Origin: Convolutriloba macropyga
Taxonomy: Eukaryota
Assembly: GCF_964194025.1 (NCBI RefSeq)
Contig: NC_134473.1
Location: 71,238,001-71,302,000, forward strand
DNA: 64,000 bases
Direction: 5' to 3'
In this document: one piece after another, positions 11,320 to 24,304 of the stretch
Position numbering within the stretch: position 1 is the stretch's first letter
Layout: every line of letters starts with the position of its first letter
Program-made: the position numbers and the translations under genes
The notes under the pieces: generated by a model
Seen by the model: only the letters and a program-made list of their open reading frames with translations
Told to the model about the DNA's origin: nothing
Database searches by the model: none

Positions 11320-14300
11320 CAGTGGAAACCAAACTGATGTCCGATTTGATGAAGAGATTGCCTAAGGCCCCCATAAAAAATCAAACAAATGAACAGCAGA
11401 GAGCCACTGAGGCGGACAGAAAATTGCAATTCAATAAAGAAATTGAAGTGCGAACCCTGATTAATGGTAATAAGCTGAGCAAAAAAGAACAGCAACCCGG
11501 CATTTTAAGCTTTATCAACATATCGTGTGCAATAGTCGTAAATTAACGGCCAGCACAAATCCCATATGACAAGACGCTTCAAGATTTTGTGAGAAAGTTA
11601 GCACTGTACTAAGGCTTGGCTACAAAGTAATTTAAGATTGAGATCGAAACTAAAGGTCCTCTACCAACAGACTGTTCAACATCTAGAAAACCCGACTCAA
11701 TATTTAGAAAAGAGCGAGAGTAACGACAGCTCTACAACGGACAACGCAGTTGCCCAAACAGTACAAAATAGAGAATCAGCACGCGTGAAAGATATGGAGA
11801 ATTTTTTTGGGAACATCTTCAGCAAAGCAAAGACTTGACGAACGAATGAAGAAATTTGATATCAATTTTGAAACCAAGTTACCATTGGAACAGGAATGGT
11901 TTGAATGGAGAAAACTAGAGCTGGAAATGCTCGAGACAAATTACCCTTAAACTTTACCTCAAAAAGATGTCTCCGATTGGGCCTGTAGAATTGGCAAATT
12001 CTAACACCAGATCGATCAACAGCCAGCTTCGAGGGAGCCACTGAATTGAACAGGCATAGTCAGTTCTCACGATTTTGCAGTCCAAGTTACCATTCATCAG
12101 TAATAACTAGAAGACCAAGGATCACGCGTCGATGACAGAGGCATTTTCCCGCGAGCTGTATTACGATACAATGATGGTTATTCAGGTAGCACTAACCAAA
12201 CAAAGCAGAAGATGAAAAATTCCGACGGAAACTCTCACGAATGGCTGGAGTGGTCTAGTATGTTCCTTGCTACAGTGGATCAAAGCTCAAAGCCCAATAC
12301 CATAATCAGAGAAGATGGGCCACCTGAAGGCTCTGAAGACAAGCAAGGCAGGGGCAGCAATCTTTGGAATGGGAATTTCTGGACAGTTCTATGGTGCTGC
12401 ATGGAGCAAATAATCAGGTGAAATTTGGGAGGCTTCATGTGTCCATTGATGCACAGCTGGAGAGACTTCGCTAGGCTAGTCAAGTGAAACCTCGCAACTC
12501 AACAAAATTGATTTGTTTTTTTTCCGATTATTGTTTCAAATTATTTGTGAACTTGCACAACGAGTACAAGCGGTTCGGTGATCTGCAATCAAGCTTTACA
12601 TTGTAGAAGTCCGTAGATAAATTATCTAAAGTTCTCAAGGAGAAGTTTTGGTTCTATGTTGATGATAAACATGAAGATGAAGACTGCTTGATTTGATTTG
12701 ATTTGCAAAACGACTATCTGAAATGGTATTCGTTTATGAAAGGTTTTCAGTTTTCAAGTGAGAGCGCAAGAAAGATAACTGAAGAAGCACAAACAGAGAC
12801 AAATGGTTCTCGAAAACGTGGAACTTCAGTTCTTGATCGAACGTGAAAGAAATGCACTAGAAGCAAATTAACCACTGTCCGCCAGTTAATGGCACTCACA
12901 AAAATTGGGACTGCCGTTTGTCCAGGAACATGAGTAGGAACGATCGGTATGCAGCAGTGAGAAAGCAACGCTTATGTTACAGTTGTCTAGGAAAAGGATT
13001 TGTAATCAGAGGTTGTAAAATCAACGCGCGGTTTGAAGGGATGCATCAAGAAGCGCAGCCAATTGCTTAACTCAAAAAACCAATTTGATGAGGGCAATCA
13101 CGCAGTCAATGTAAACGCAGCAACAATCATCTAGAGAAACGAAATTACGGGTTTTCTTCAGATCGATCCTGTCTCATTACAAAGCGTTGGCAACAACTTG
13201 AACACATTTGCTGTCCTCGACAACCAACGGTTTCATTCATCTATCAAATTGTGCAAGAGAAGTTACAAGCTCAAGACTCCGATGTTAGTTTCAACCTAGC
13301 TGGCATACACAGAACAAAGCATCTGAAGACAGAAAAGCTTCCTCTAGAAAAACGCACTGCATTCAGAATAGAGGGACTGCATTCAATTGAAGCGTTTGCA
13401 CTCCCGTCAATCTCACTTTGCAAAACAAACTACGACTACAACAAGCTGAAGCATAGCTTTAATCGCTTGAGTGCTCTACCCAACAAAAGCTTCAACTTGA
13501 TGGATGCTGGCATCATCCTTGGTCAAGTTGCTTATGATCTACAACTTCCATTAGACTACCAGATAGGAACACGAAGTAAACCTTCCGCCCTTCTAGCAGA
13601 GCTATAAAGGCTTGTCAGTGGACCCATGACGAGCACAAAAAGACAAATTGTTTGTCTTTTCGCCTTCACAGGAGAAGTGAAAATGGCTGAGATTATCCAA
13701 ATCTTGCGGGACATAGAAACTTATGAATCCAAAATTAACGGCTTCAGTCAGTCAAAGACCAAACTGTGGACACGAAAAATGTTGGAGAGTACGACAAGGT
13801 TTACAGGCGGGCGGTACGAAAAAGGAAAACTGTTGAGTGAACCAGAACCAAACCCACCTAACCACTACAGCTCAACCTTGAGTCAGCTTTACTCACTGAA
13901 GCGTAGATTCCCAAAAGGACAAACCCCGAAAAGTTTGTATCAACAGTCAACAGGAACAAGTGTAGAAGAAGGATTCTGAAAAATATTAGACGAGTGAAAA
14001 CCACTTTCGGGAAAGAGTGGTATTTGGGACACAATCCAGTGATAACCTCAAAAATAACCTCCCAAACAAGACGTGTATGCAATGCTGCATCAAAGTACAA
14101 AGAGATATGCTAAAATGACAAGTTTTTTGCAGGACCTGATTAGCTACAGGAGTTGATTGCAGATTTTAAGATTTCGCGAAGGACAGATAGCTTTGACAGC
14201 TGATTTTGAACCGATGTTTCGCCAGTTGCAAGTTCCTGAACGGGATAGAAATTGTTTGAGGTTTCTATGGCGCCCAAGAGATAACAAACCCGTAGGAATA

Positions 14301-14660
14301 TACGAATATCAATGTCACATATTGGTAGCTGAGAGTTCTCTAATTTGTGCAAACTATACTCTCATGCGAGTGGGACTCGACAGCGAAGAAGAGTGCCCAA
14401 ATGCAGCAAAGTCAAAACAAAACAACTTCTGCTTGGACCATTTCATCAAATCTGTGAAAATCTTTGAAGAATCTATTGAAGTCTTCAATCAACTACAACC
14501 TCTCCACTCACAACATGGATTTCCCGGAAGAAATGGATAAGCAACAACAATGAAGTTATCTCAGCAATTTCAGAAGACTTGAAATCAATCAACAACTCAA
14601 AACAAATTGAAGTGGAACCCAATACTGAGGGATCCTCGTTGTTTGAGCTACAATGGACTG
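11320..14660 (+). mobile_element. Degenerate, 3'-truncated BEL/Pao LTR retrotransposon (gag-protease-RT)
   Basis: gag DGNSHEWLEWSSMF; Cys/His knuckle remnants (~12875-13020); protease AVLD (~13210); BEL-type RT motifs WYLGHNPV, RVCNAASKY, AGPD, RFREGQIALTADFEPMF, LRFLW, NFCLDHF (decayed YMDD). Breaks after LQWT; no RNase H, integrase or LTR seen. Confidence 0.92.
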
Positions 14661-15441
14661 CTCAATTCTACGTAAGATGCAAAGTTTTCTGAATTTATAC
14701 AGCAATTTAAAACTTCTTTTGGGATTTGACTCTTTCTTCTATTGGGAAAGTTGCTGATTCGGAAATAAGGAATACTCCTTTTTATAAGGAACCTGCTTTT
14801 GTTAGTACTACAGAAACAAAGAAAACAGTTTATTTTTTGTGTTGTAAGTATTCAAAAGACGTATTGGCGTATTGCTGTTTTTGTTGTTCTTTATTTCAGC
14901 CATCATTATTCACTATAAAATATAACAAACTGATGTCAGCATTTCAACTTGTGCCGTCTTTTGAAGTCCAATCAAAGCAAATCTTTGTAATATCCTATTT
15001 GGGGTCTGTTTCTTGTTATTTCAAATATATTTTTAGTTTATAGTTCATGTTTTGGTAGTTCAATTGTTTTCAATTATGTGCTTTGGTGGAGCTCGCGTTA
15101 GTTATCTAATTGCAGAGACCGTTATGACAAATTAGTTTAAAAAATGTCTTGATTATTAATGAAGGGAAGCACTTAATCAAAGTATTCATCAGCACTGCAA
15201 AATTTTAAATCGAGAGAAACGGTATGTGACAACGGGCACTTCAAATTTTATGAGAAAATATAAAAATTCATTCATCAGAAAATAATTAAATTAGCCCTTT
15301 AGTTGTCACTAAGAATTTGATTCAATATAGAGAATGAGTTGTCCATGTATCTGGTCAAAATTTCAGTTGATTCATTTTTGGTCTACGTTTAAATCATTTC
15401 TTGAGTTTTTTATATTGATCAGCTCAACTTTTGTGTCTTTT

Positions 15442-15445
<4 letters not shown>

Positions 15446-15510
<65 letters not shown>
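15446..15510. repeat. (TA)n microsatellite
   Basis: Direct reading. Confidence 0.98.
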
Positions 15511-15513
<3 letters not shown>

Positions 15514-15681
15514 TTGAAAGTAACGATCAATTTTTCTTATGAGTTGAATCACGTTTCTTTCACATTCTATTTCGATTATCAATGATCAAAAGAAGTTTGA
15601 GCAGAAAACTTGATTTTTTTCTTTTTTTTTTTTGCTGTATCCGATTGCACAATTACAAAGAAGAATGATGTGCATACTTAC

Positions 15682-15763
15682 ATTTTCTCTTTAATCCCGT
15701 TTTTCGAGTTCCTTGTTTCCCGTTTCATTCCTCCTCCTCCATGAGCACCATCATTAACCCCAT
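15682..15763 (-). other. Candidate orphan internal exon (82 nt)
   Basis: catttag| acceptor and |gtaagt donor; only one open frame (GVNDGAHGGGGMKRETRNSKNGIKEK). Confidence 0.4.
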
Positions 15764-16511
15764 CTAAATGGAATCTATTGTCAAAAACAGCGCAGATAAT
15801 TTAAAACAATTCATAAAAATTGAGTAAAAAGGCTAAAAATTGAGTAATAAGAAAAAATTGCCTGTTAAATTTCAAGGAAAGCGTATGATTGGAATTTTGC
15901 GACCACGAAATAATTACTTCACAACCACGGCAATTTGTTCATCAAAAAGTTGTTTGAAAAATCTTTATTACTACGGAAACAACATTCAACAGAATGCAAT
16001 ACTAACATTTCAATTTCCACAAGGCAAAGCCTCCAACAGATAATAGAAGAATAAATGACCAGTTCCGCTGAATATAACGACGAATTCGAAACCTCGAAAT
16101 CATAATTAAAAAATGATTTACCAATAATTCACATTAGCAAAAAATTAAACGTATATTATTGCTGTCTTATCTCTTGACTATCATAAAGAGTAGTATTAAA
16201 CTGAATTGTACGTATTATGATTCTTGTATTCTTGATGCTTAATTTTCTAAATGCAAAATTAAGTTTGTACAGCTGCATTCAAAGAAGCGTCTTAGTAGTT
16301 GATTACTGGAGTGTTCGTTCAACCAGTAACATCTAAAACATGCAGAAACGAGATCGCGCTTCTCAATAACAATTACAGTTTAGTTTCATGGTTAAAAAAC
16401 AATATTGAGTGAGTAAAAAAACCTATATCAAGTTAACGAAACGACTGAATTGAACGCTTTCCATGCTTTTGATGTTGAAGTTCTCATTTAGTCTTAATAA
16501 TTGTGGTACCG

Positions 16512-17004
16512 ACCCCTCTTGAGGGGGAGGGGGAACTATATACTCAAATTGGGCTTTTTTTGTTCAGACAATTTTCGCCGATCGATATATTCATCGTAGA
16601 GAGTTGAGACTGGTATCATTGGAAAGCTCGTCCAGCGTTGAAATTGGAATTAAAAAGATTCTTTTATTCTCGTTTTTTATAGGGAGTTATCGAGGTTTAA
16701 ACTTCTGAGAAAATTAGAGTGAATTCCGTTGTTTTTATTCATATTTTCCGGAATTTTTGCCTAAATTTTCGTCAATTTTGCTAAAATTTGTTAAAAATTT
16801 TAAAAATAGTGTTGTTGATTTTATTTTTAGAGACAAAAAGTGTTTTTTTAAATTTTTGTGTCAAAAATTTGGGCTAAATATTTCAAAATTCAGCCTTTTT
16901 CATCAAAAACAGTACGAAATAAGCTTCTTTAGTTCACTTTGATTAAAATGGCCGGAAGTACACCCCCAAACAACACTAATACAATCTTCGTAGACTCAAA
17001 GGGG
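16512..17004. mobile_element. Probable non-autonomous DNA transposon remnant
   Basis: Short inverted termini ACCCCTCTTGAG / CTCAAAGGGGT around an AT-rich body; TSD not resolved. Confidence 0.35.
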
Positions 17005-19212
17005 TGCTATTCCTACTTCAATTCCCGTTGAGAGTTTTCTGTAATTAAAACTTTGCAATTTTTTCAAGTTTTAAACTAACAAGTTATCTTTTTCTATGAC
17101 ATTCGAAAAATTAAGTATTCCTAACGGACAAACAACAACAGCAGTTCCAGTTTTGGACCAAACTTGGACTGTTACAATCCAAAATGAATTCGAATTGTAA
17201 TCATTCGGTCGCTTTTTAAAAAAATTAGATCTTTCTTTATATTAACTAAAGAACAGAACATATCAAATCAAAACTCAGGAATGATTGGCTTTCTAAACAG
17301 CTCCAAATTAATGCATTTAGTTTTTTACTGGAAAGCTTATGGTCGTTGTGACTTATAATTGTGACTTATTTGAAAGTTTATGGTCCTTGTAAAAATAATT
17401 GATCTTTAAATTAATAATGGCTTAGTGAAATTTTCCTCTACTTTTTTCTTAATTTGGTCATCTTTTTGCTTAGTGTCAGCAAAAAAAGAATGATGTTTCT
17501 TTCTAGTGATTTACAATTTAAGATCTATTGCAGTATTAAGCCTGAAGTGTTTGTTTTCTGGGTAATGCTACTAGATGTTTTCTTTGATACTACTAGATTT
17601 CAGATTTTTTTTTTATTTTTCTGATATTTTCCAGATTCTCACGTTTTCCAGTTTTTTCACATTATCACATTAATGGCAGTTCTCATATCACCTTATTGGC
17701 GTTCAAAATAGGGCGCAATTGAACATAATAAAAACTGAGAGATATAGATTATGGTTTTTAGCGGCTTCGACACTTCTTTCTTGAAGTTTTTTTGAACTTT
17801 TTGAATTTTGTCTTTGTCTTGAGTTGTCGTTTTCACTTTGCCGTTTTAGTCAAATAATTTTTCCTGTATAGTGACAGGTTCCATTGGCTTTTCATGGACA
17901 AATAGATGAGCCGATATTCTGATATTAGTAGATAGCTGTTGGCTTTCATGACTTTGAAAAGAAATGTTTTTCAAAATAAAAAAAAATTCGCAGTTTTGTT
18001 TCATTATTGTCTTTTTGTTGCCTATTCTCGTTTATTACAGGTCAAATATGACATTATTTTGTGTCAAGGAAAGGTTTCAAATGAGATTGGTGTTACAAAA
18101 TCTAATGTTTTTAAAGAATTCGTTATGACCTTACTGACTTCGACCTTGCTTCAACAAAAGTAAATTAATTTGATTTTTGTCATATTTGACGTTGTTTTTG
18201 TAGACGCAAGACATATTCTGGATAATTGCAGGTCTGAAGGGCTTCCTTCGGACGGGTAGACGATCGTATTTAAATATTTGTTTTTCCAATTAACGGCTTT
18301 CATTAGTTTCTGAAAAAAACTTACTAATATTTTTTAAATTGTTTTAGTAAGCTCAAAACTTTTGATCAATGAGATTAGGAAATTGTTTGAGGTCATTTAA
18401 AATCCACAAAATTAAGCAATTTTGCTTGCGCAATTGTTGGCTATGAGGACTTATCGTAAATTCTTTTCGTTCACTGAGGGATTCACTAGATTAACAATCC
18501 AACTTAACAATGCTCATCAGCTCTTGTTGCTTAACAACAGTGGCATATCTTACCGATGAAATAACTTGATAGAACCCAATGAATGTTCCAATTATATTAG
18601 ACGGAGTCCATAATCTGCACTGAGGTTATCCATTTTTTTCTCCGCCACTCTTTTCTATCGACTATTCTTATATATGTGAATAGTAGAGACAAAAGAGTGG
18701 CAGAAAAAGATAGTCTAATCAGCTTCTGCCAGGAGTTAGTTTTGCAACTGTTGTCAACGTGTGAAGAGTTGATAAAAAATATCACCGCAAGGATATTTTT
18801 GCCCTCTTGAAATTATTCAACATCTCGGTTTGAACTCGGAGTTCGGTATCTTCTTGATTGTGATAACATCCGGGTTGTAAAATTAAACAATGTTTTTCGA
18901 AAGTTCGGCATAAAACAACATAAATTGTCAAAATTAAATCTGGCTCATTGAAATAGACAAAAAGCAGCGAAAACAAGGATTTTTCAAAATTATTTCTTAT
19001 AGGAATGCTCTTTACAGATTCTTGGATGCACTATAGCCAACTTGTTTTTCAACAAACTACCGCATAAGTTTATTTAACTATTTTTCTAAATTTAGAGTTA
19101 CTAGTTACTAATTTTAAGGTGTCGAAAGAGAAAATTTTTTTAAAATTGGACATTGATTATTAACAAACTGAAATAACTTTTTGGTAATTAGAGATCAAAA
19201 ATATGCCATATA

Positions 19213-19218
<6 letters not shown>

Positions 19219-19264
<46 letters not shown>
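19219..19264. repeat. (AT)n microsatellite
   Basis: Direct reading. Confidence 0.98.
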
Positions 19265-19266
<2 letters not shown>

Positions 19267-21914
19267 ATATCATTTCTTAACAGAAATCATAACAAAATTA
19301 ATTGCAGGGTTTCAGCCAAGCTTTTTTTAGATATGCATTTGAGCTTTGTTGTTTCTTAGGGCAACCCCGCCAAAGCCAAAAGATTTCTTAATTCTATGGC
19401 TGAATAGCAGCATATCAAGGAAATGCAAATGGGCAAGCCATAAAAATTTTTTTCTCATGAACGCAATATCTCAAATTTCATTACTAGTCTCAATAGTTTC
19501 AGTTTGCAATGTTATGGCTTATCGTATCGTTTTTAGTACTGTCCTAATTTAAAAGTAATTATTTTCAAAAGTTTGAAAATGTTCGCAGGAAATTGGTCTG
19601 AAGTTATCGTTCAGCTTTGTGGCCAAAAAATGTTTGGAAAGTGCGTTTATTATGATGATCTAATTTAAAAAGTTTTGGAGAACGTTGAAAATTAGTAATG
19701 ATAAATGTCAGGGAACACTTTGTTTTGTATCCCATACAACAAAGATGTTACCAATACTACAAAGATTAATGATAAAAAACCATGAAAATAGCAAAATTGA
19801 TATCATTTTGACATCCACAGATGAGGAAAAACACTTTTCCAGACCAAACAGCTCAAATAACGTCCTATTGTAATAATCAAGCTTGAGGTTTATGAAACTG
19901 TCACATTTGCTACTTCCGCATAGCTTTGGTGCCAAGGTAGCATGCCTGGGCATGTAAGTTCGAGTCCCCTAAGCTCTAATTCTTTAGCAGTTTATGGAGT
20001 TAACTAATACCACAGTTGGGTTGTTATACATTGTCAATTTTGATTGGTAAAGGACCAAGTGTAGTTATTTGAAGTTTTCATTGATATCGAAAAACAAAGT
20101 TTTTAAATTGGAAAGTAGATACGACATCGTATTTTTTTTTTCAACAGAATCCAATAATTTCAAGCTTTTTCGAACAGATTTATGGGATAAAAGTTTTGTA
20201 TCCTAAACTATTTGTTACTAAAAAAACACATAAACAGTTTATCTGGACAGAATTGAGAAAAACTATTATCTTCTATTCATCGGTTAAATATATTTTCCGT
20301 TAACCCGGTCGTGCTGCGAATTATACAGTCATTTACCTAAAATATTAAATCTAAAAACACGAATCATGAAATATATTTAACGAAAACTTGACAAAACAAG
20401 TGTAATTTCACTTTTTTAATTTTATCTCGCAGACCTTTATCTCAATTACTTTAATTTTTTAAAACCGTTCAGCTTTTTGATTTTGTCATTTTCAGGTTTG
20501 CCGCAAATTTAACAAAGTAAATGGATAAGTTTGACGCTAAGATTGCTAAGAAAAGTTATGCTTGGAAGACCTTAAAAATTTAAACTAATTACGAATTCCC
20601 GCTCATTTTCCTGTACCAACGGAACTAGATCCTCGACAACGTTTTTCGGACAAATAAATTTGTAAATTGTAAATCCGAACAATAAGTCAGCGTTAAATTT
20701 CAAAAAAAATTAATGTAACCACTCAAGAATAATTCCACAATGTTTTTGGCATTTTTCACGTTTTTATTTAGTTTGAAGTTAGTTAGATAATAGAAAAACC
20801 CATTTCACTCAAGAAAACTTTAATTAAAAAAATATTTTGTTGTTTAGACACAGTGCTAAAAAAATTGTCAGCTATACGCGTCTTAGCTGCCAAAATATTT
20901 ACTTTCAGGACAACACCTTTTTTTTCAGTTTAAAACTATTGTCAAATGCGTTTTATATTGTTTTTAGAAAAAACTTGACAGACTTTAGGATCTACTCTAA
21001 ATTGAATTAGAATCAAAATAAAAAAATTGTAAAATTTGTCTCAGAAAAACTTCTTCTGTTAATCAAAATCATTTCTCAAATTAGTTCCTCTCATAATGTT
21101 TCTGTTCTTTTGAAATCTTTTTCCTATTGCAATTATAATAAACAATTAATGTTGCCCATACAAAAAAACTTAAGTTGACTCATTGTACCCAATTTTTTTT
21201 CATCAAAAATAACCATTGCGAATTGAGTTTATAAGATTTAAAGTATTAAAAAGTATTGTGAACATTTTCGGCCGGTAGCTTTTCATTTCTACTAATCAGA
21301 AATTATCTACGATCGTTTCCAATAAACTTATTGAGAATTCTGTACAAATACAAAATTTGGGTTATGAAAAAGTCAAATTGAAGCCGCTTGAAGTTATCAG
21401 TAGAACAATCCAGTGTTTTTTGCCTCGACAAAGAAAGATTATGTATGATTGACACGCTATTGTAACAAAACATATATTAAGTTATCAACCGAATATTTTT
21501 ACTTTGAATTGCTTGATTGTGTAACGGGACTGGCACTATTGATACGCAGTCAATTATGTTACTATTTTTAATGAACTGAATTTGAAAAAACGAACGGCAA
21601 ACTTCTTTTTTGAAGAAAGAATCTTGTTTTTTTTAGGGATTAAAAATATCGAAACTGAGATATATCAAGAATATTTAATCCAAATGGGAAATAAATCTTA
21701 TATACCCATGGTCTGGAAGATTTGCGGTATTAAAAAGATTAGCATGGATAATGAATACTGGTGACCTTGCAAACAAGAAAACAGGATAACTAGTTATCTT
21801 GAAGACTGCTCTCAATAAATATTTTGTAAAGGCTTTCAAAAATAATTTATTTCTTTGTCAAAACCCTAATTGTGCCACAAAAATCAATGAGTTATTTCAA
21901 TGAAGAGTGTGATC

Positions 21915-24304
21915 TATTAGTATATAAAAACCTGATGTTCATTCATTTTGTGCCGCTTATTATCAAAATTGTTCAAAATCCTTAATTAGTTCATTTTAAC
22001 ATGTTGTACATCTTGCTGAATTTCATCAACTGAAACGCAAATCATTTAATTATTGTTCATTCATCTTAAGTTGTTTATCTGACATGTTGTCTGATCGCAA
22101 ATTTAAGTTCCTGATCATTGCCGCAATTTTTTTTTGTTCATTTCTGTTTGTATATAAGTTGGTGACCAAATTGCTGATAAAAATCTGTATTTGTTTTATT
22201 TTTGTTCTTTCGAATCCAAAAGTTTTTTCAGTTGACACTCTTTCAATAATAGCGATATGGCAAGCAAATCAAATAATAATAGTCTTACTAAAATTTTGTC
22301 TTTCGTTAAGCGAATCATTAGAAATATTCAGTCCCTTGCATGATGGCTTTACAAGCACCATTTTCTGCAGTCAAATTTAGCAAAGTGTAATCCCTGCGTC
22401 AGGATCTGTTAAAATTTAAAACATAAAATTCCCACTAATAGATGGGCACCATTAAAGTTATTTGAAGAAATTCTAATGGAATTCGTTGGTCAATTTACAG
22501 TGAAAAAGATCAAAAAGTATACTTCCTTGAATGTGTAGATTTCTCTTAGGAAATTCCTAGGGCTGAATTGTGTGATAGGGCAAACGCACAAACTCTTTTA
22601 ATGTTTCTTCTAAAATTATCTGTTATTGCATTTCATACCGGGTGCAATAAGACTATATCAATTTAGATGTCAATTCGGGCACAATATAAAATTAGTTTAC
22701 AATCAAAAGAATAAAAAGCTCATTGAAGCTCTAATCTAATTCACTACTCTTGAGCGACTAGACCATTGGAGACGTTAGTACAAGAACCGTTTGGTTTGAA
22801 TTAAAACTGCGGCGCGAAGGCAATTTAATTAAAAGGCTTCAATAAATTTGATAATTTATCAGTTGCGAATATGCCGTCAAGAGACAATAAATCTTCCACC
22901 ATTTTACGCTGATTTTGGACCTAAACCAAACTCTCTGTTTAGTATTAGAACCTGAGATCTGATCCCAAGCACTCTATCATATGAACCAAATTTGAATGAT
23001 TATTTAGATTTAGAAACTGTCAGGTGGGATGAACTTATACTTGAATTTCGTTGGGAGGATTGTTGCAGAAGAGACGTCGATTTCGAAAAAAAGACGACCA
23101 ACTTTGACCCAGGACTCAGTGAAGCGAACAAAATCAAACCCAGAGAAAAAATCAGGCAATATTCAACACCCAGAAAAAGGATCAACCATACCAAGAACTA
23201 AAGCATCCCTCACATTGAAACTGGCTAAAAGGATCCCAAAAAGCAAACTCTAAAAGAAGGGTGTGTGGACGGAATATTTGATGATTTAGCCCCAGGATCA
23301 ATACTCCACAAACCTCTAAACAACACCAGGCTGGAAATTCAGCGGAGCATTTGATCGCAACTCCACCGCAGAGACACAAAAGAGCTCAGGCGGCGCTAAA
23401 CCGAACACAACAAAATAAGAGCGAACGTCAATGCACACCAACACCCATCACTAAATCAGACGAATCACTAAATTTTATGGAAACATCTCCTGCTTTTCTG
23501 TCATCAAAACGGCCTCCCTTTAGACAAAAAAGGACGACAAATCATCAAAAAATACAAAAAGCAAACAAATATTTAGTTTCACCAACTCAAGAAACGGCTC
23601 GCCAAAACCCTGGGTGTCCAAAAACCAACAGCCAAATTGGATCTTGCTTGCCAAACCCACCATATCCAGTCCAATACTACGTCTCCCCAAACGATGAGGA
23701 AACCTCAATGACGATTAAAGAAGGCTGAATGTGCCTAAGACTCTAATTTTTATTAACGCATTAAACTTACTAAAACAATTACATTTTTATTTATGATAAC
23801 CAGTACATATAGCTTTAACTTTGTTTTGAAAATCTAAATTATAAACTTTTTTATTTCCGCCGCAAGTGGAATTTTCATATATTAGTATATACAATATTGA
23901 TGTTCATTAATTTTGTTGCGTTTCTAACCAAAATTACTTATAATCCTGATTTAGTTCATTTTATCATGTACTTCTTGTTGAATTTCATCTACTGATATGA
24001 AAATCTTTTATTTGATTTTTCATTCATCTTAAGTTTTATATCTGACCTAAGATCTGATCACAAATTTAGTTTCGTGATCATTGCTTCAATTTTTTTGTTC
24101 ATTTCTTTTTGTATTTTATTTGGCGACCAAATTGCTGATCAAAATCTGTATTTGTTTTAATTTTGTTCTTTTGAATCCCAATACATTTTTCAGCTGACTC
24201 TCTTTCAATAATAGCGATTTGGCAAGCAAATCAAGTAGTATTAGTTTTTACTAAAATTTGCTCTTTCGTTACGCGAATCAACAGAATTAATTATTCCTTT
24301 GCAT
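21915..24304. repeat. ~425-bp diverged direct repeats (21915-22342 and 23880-24304) flanking a decayed coding-like core
   Basis: Shared blocks TATTAGTATATA, TTCATTCATCTTAAG, GACCAAATTGCTGAT, CTCTTTCAATAATAGCGAT at an offset of ~1965 bp. Confidence 0.85.

Noticed and set aside
10800-11320. 5' LTR/PBS of the BEL element
   Set aside because: No second LTR to compare and no convincing TG...CA/PBS junction.
15334-15585. ORF with IYIYIY run
   Set aside because: Translation of the (TA)n microsatellite.
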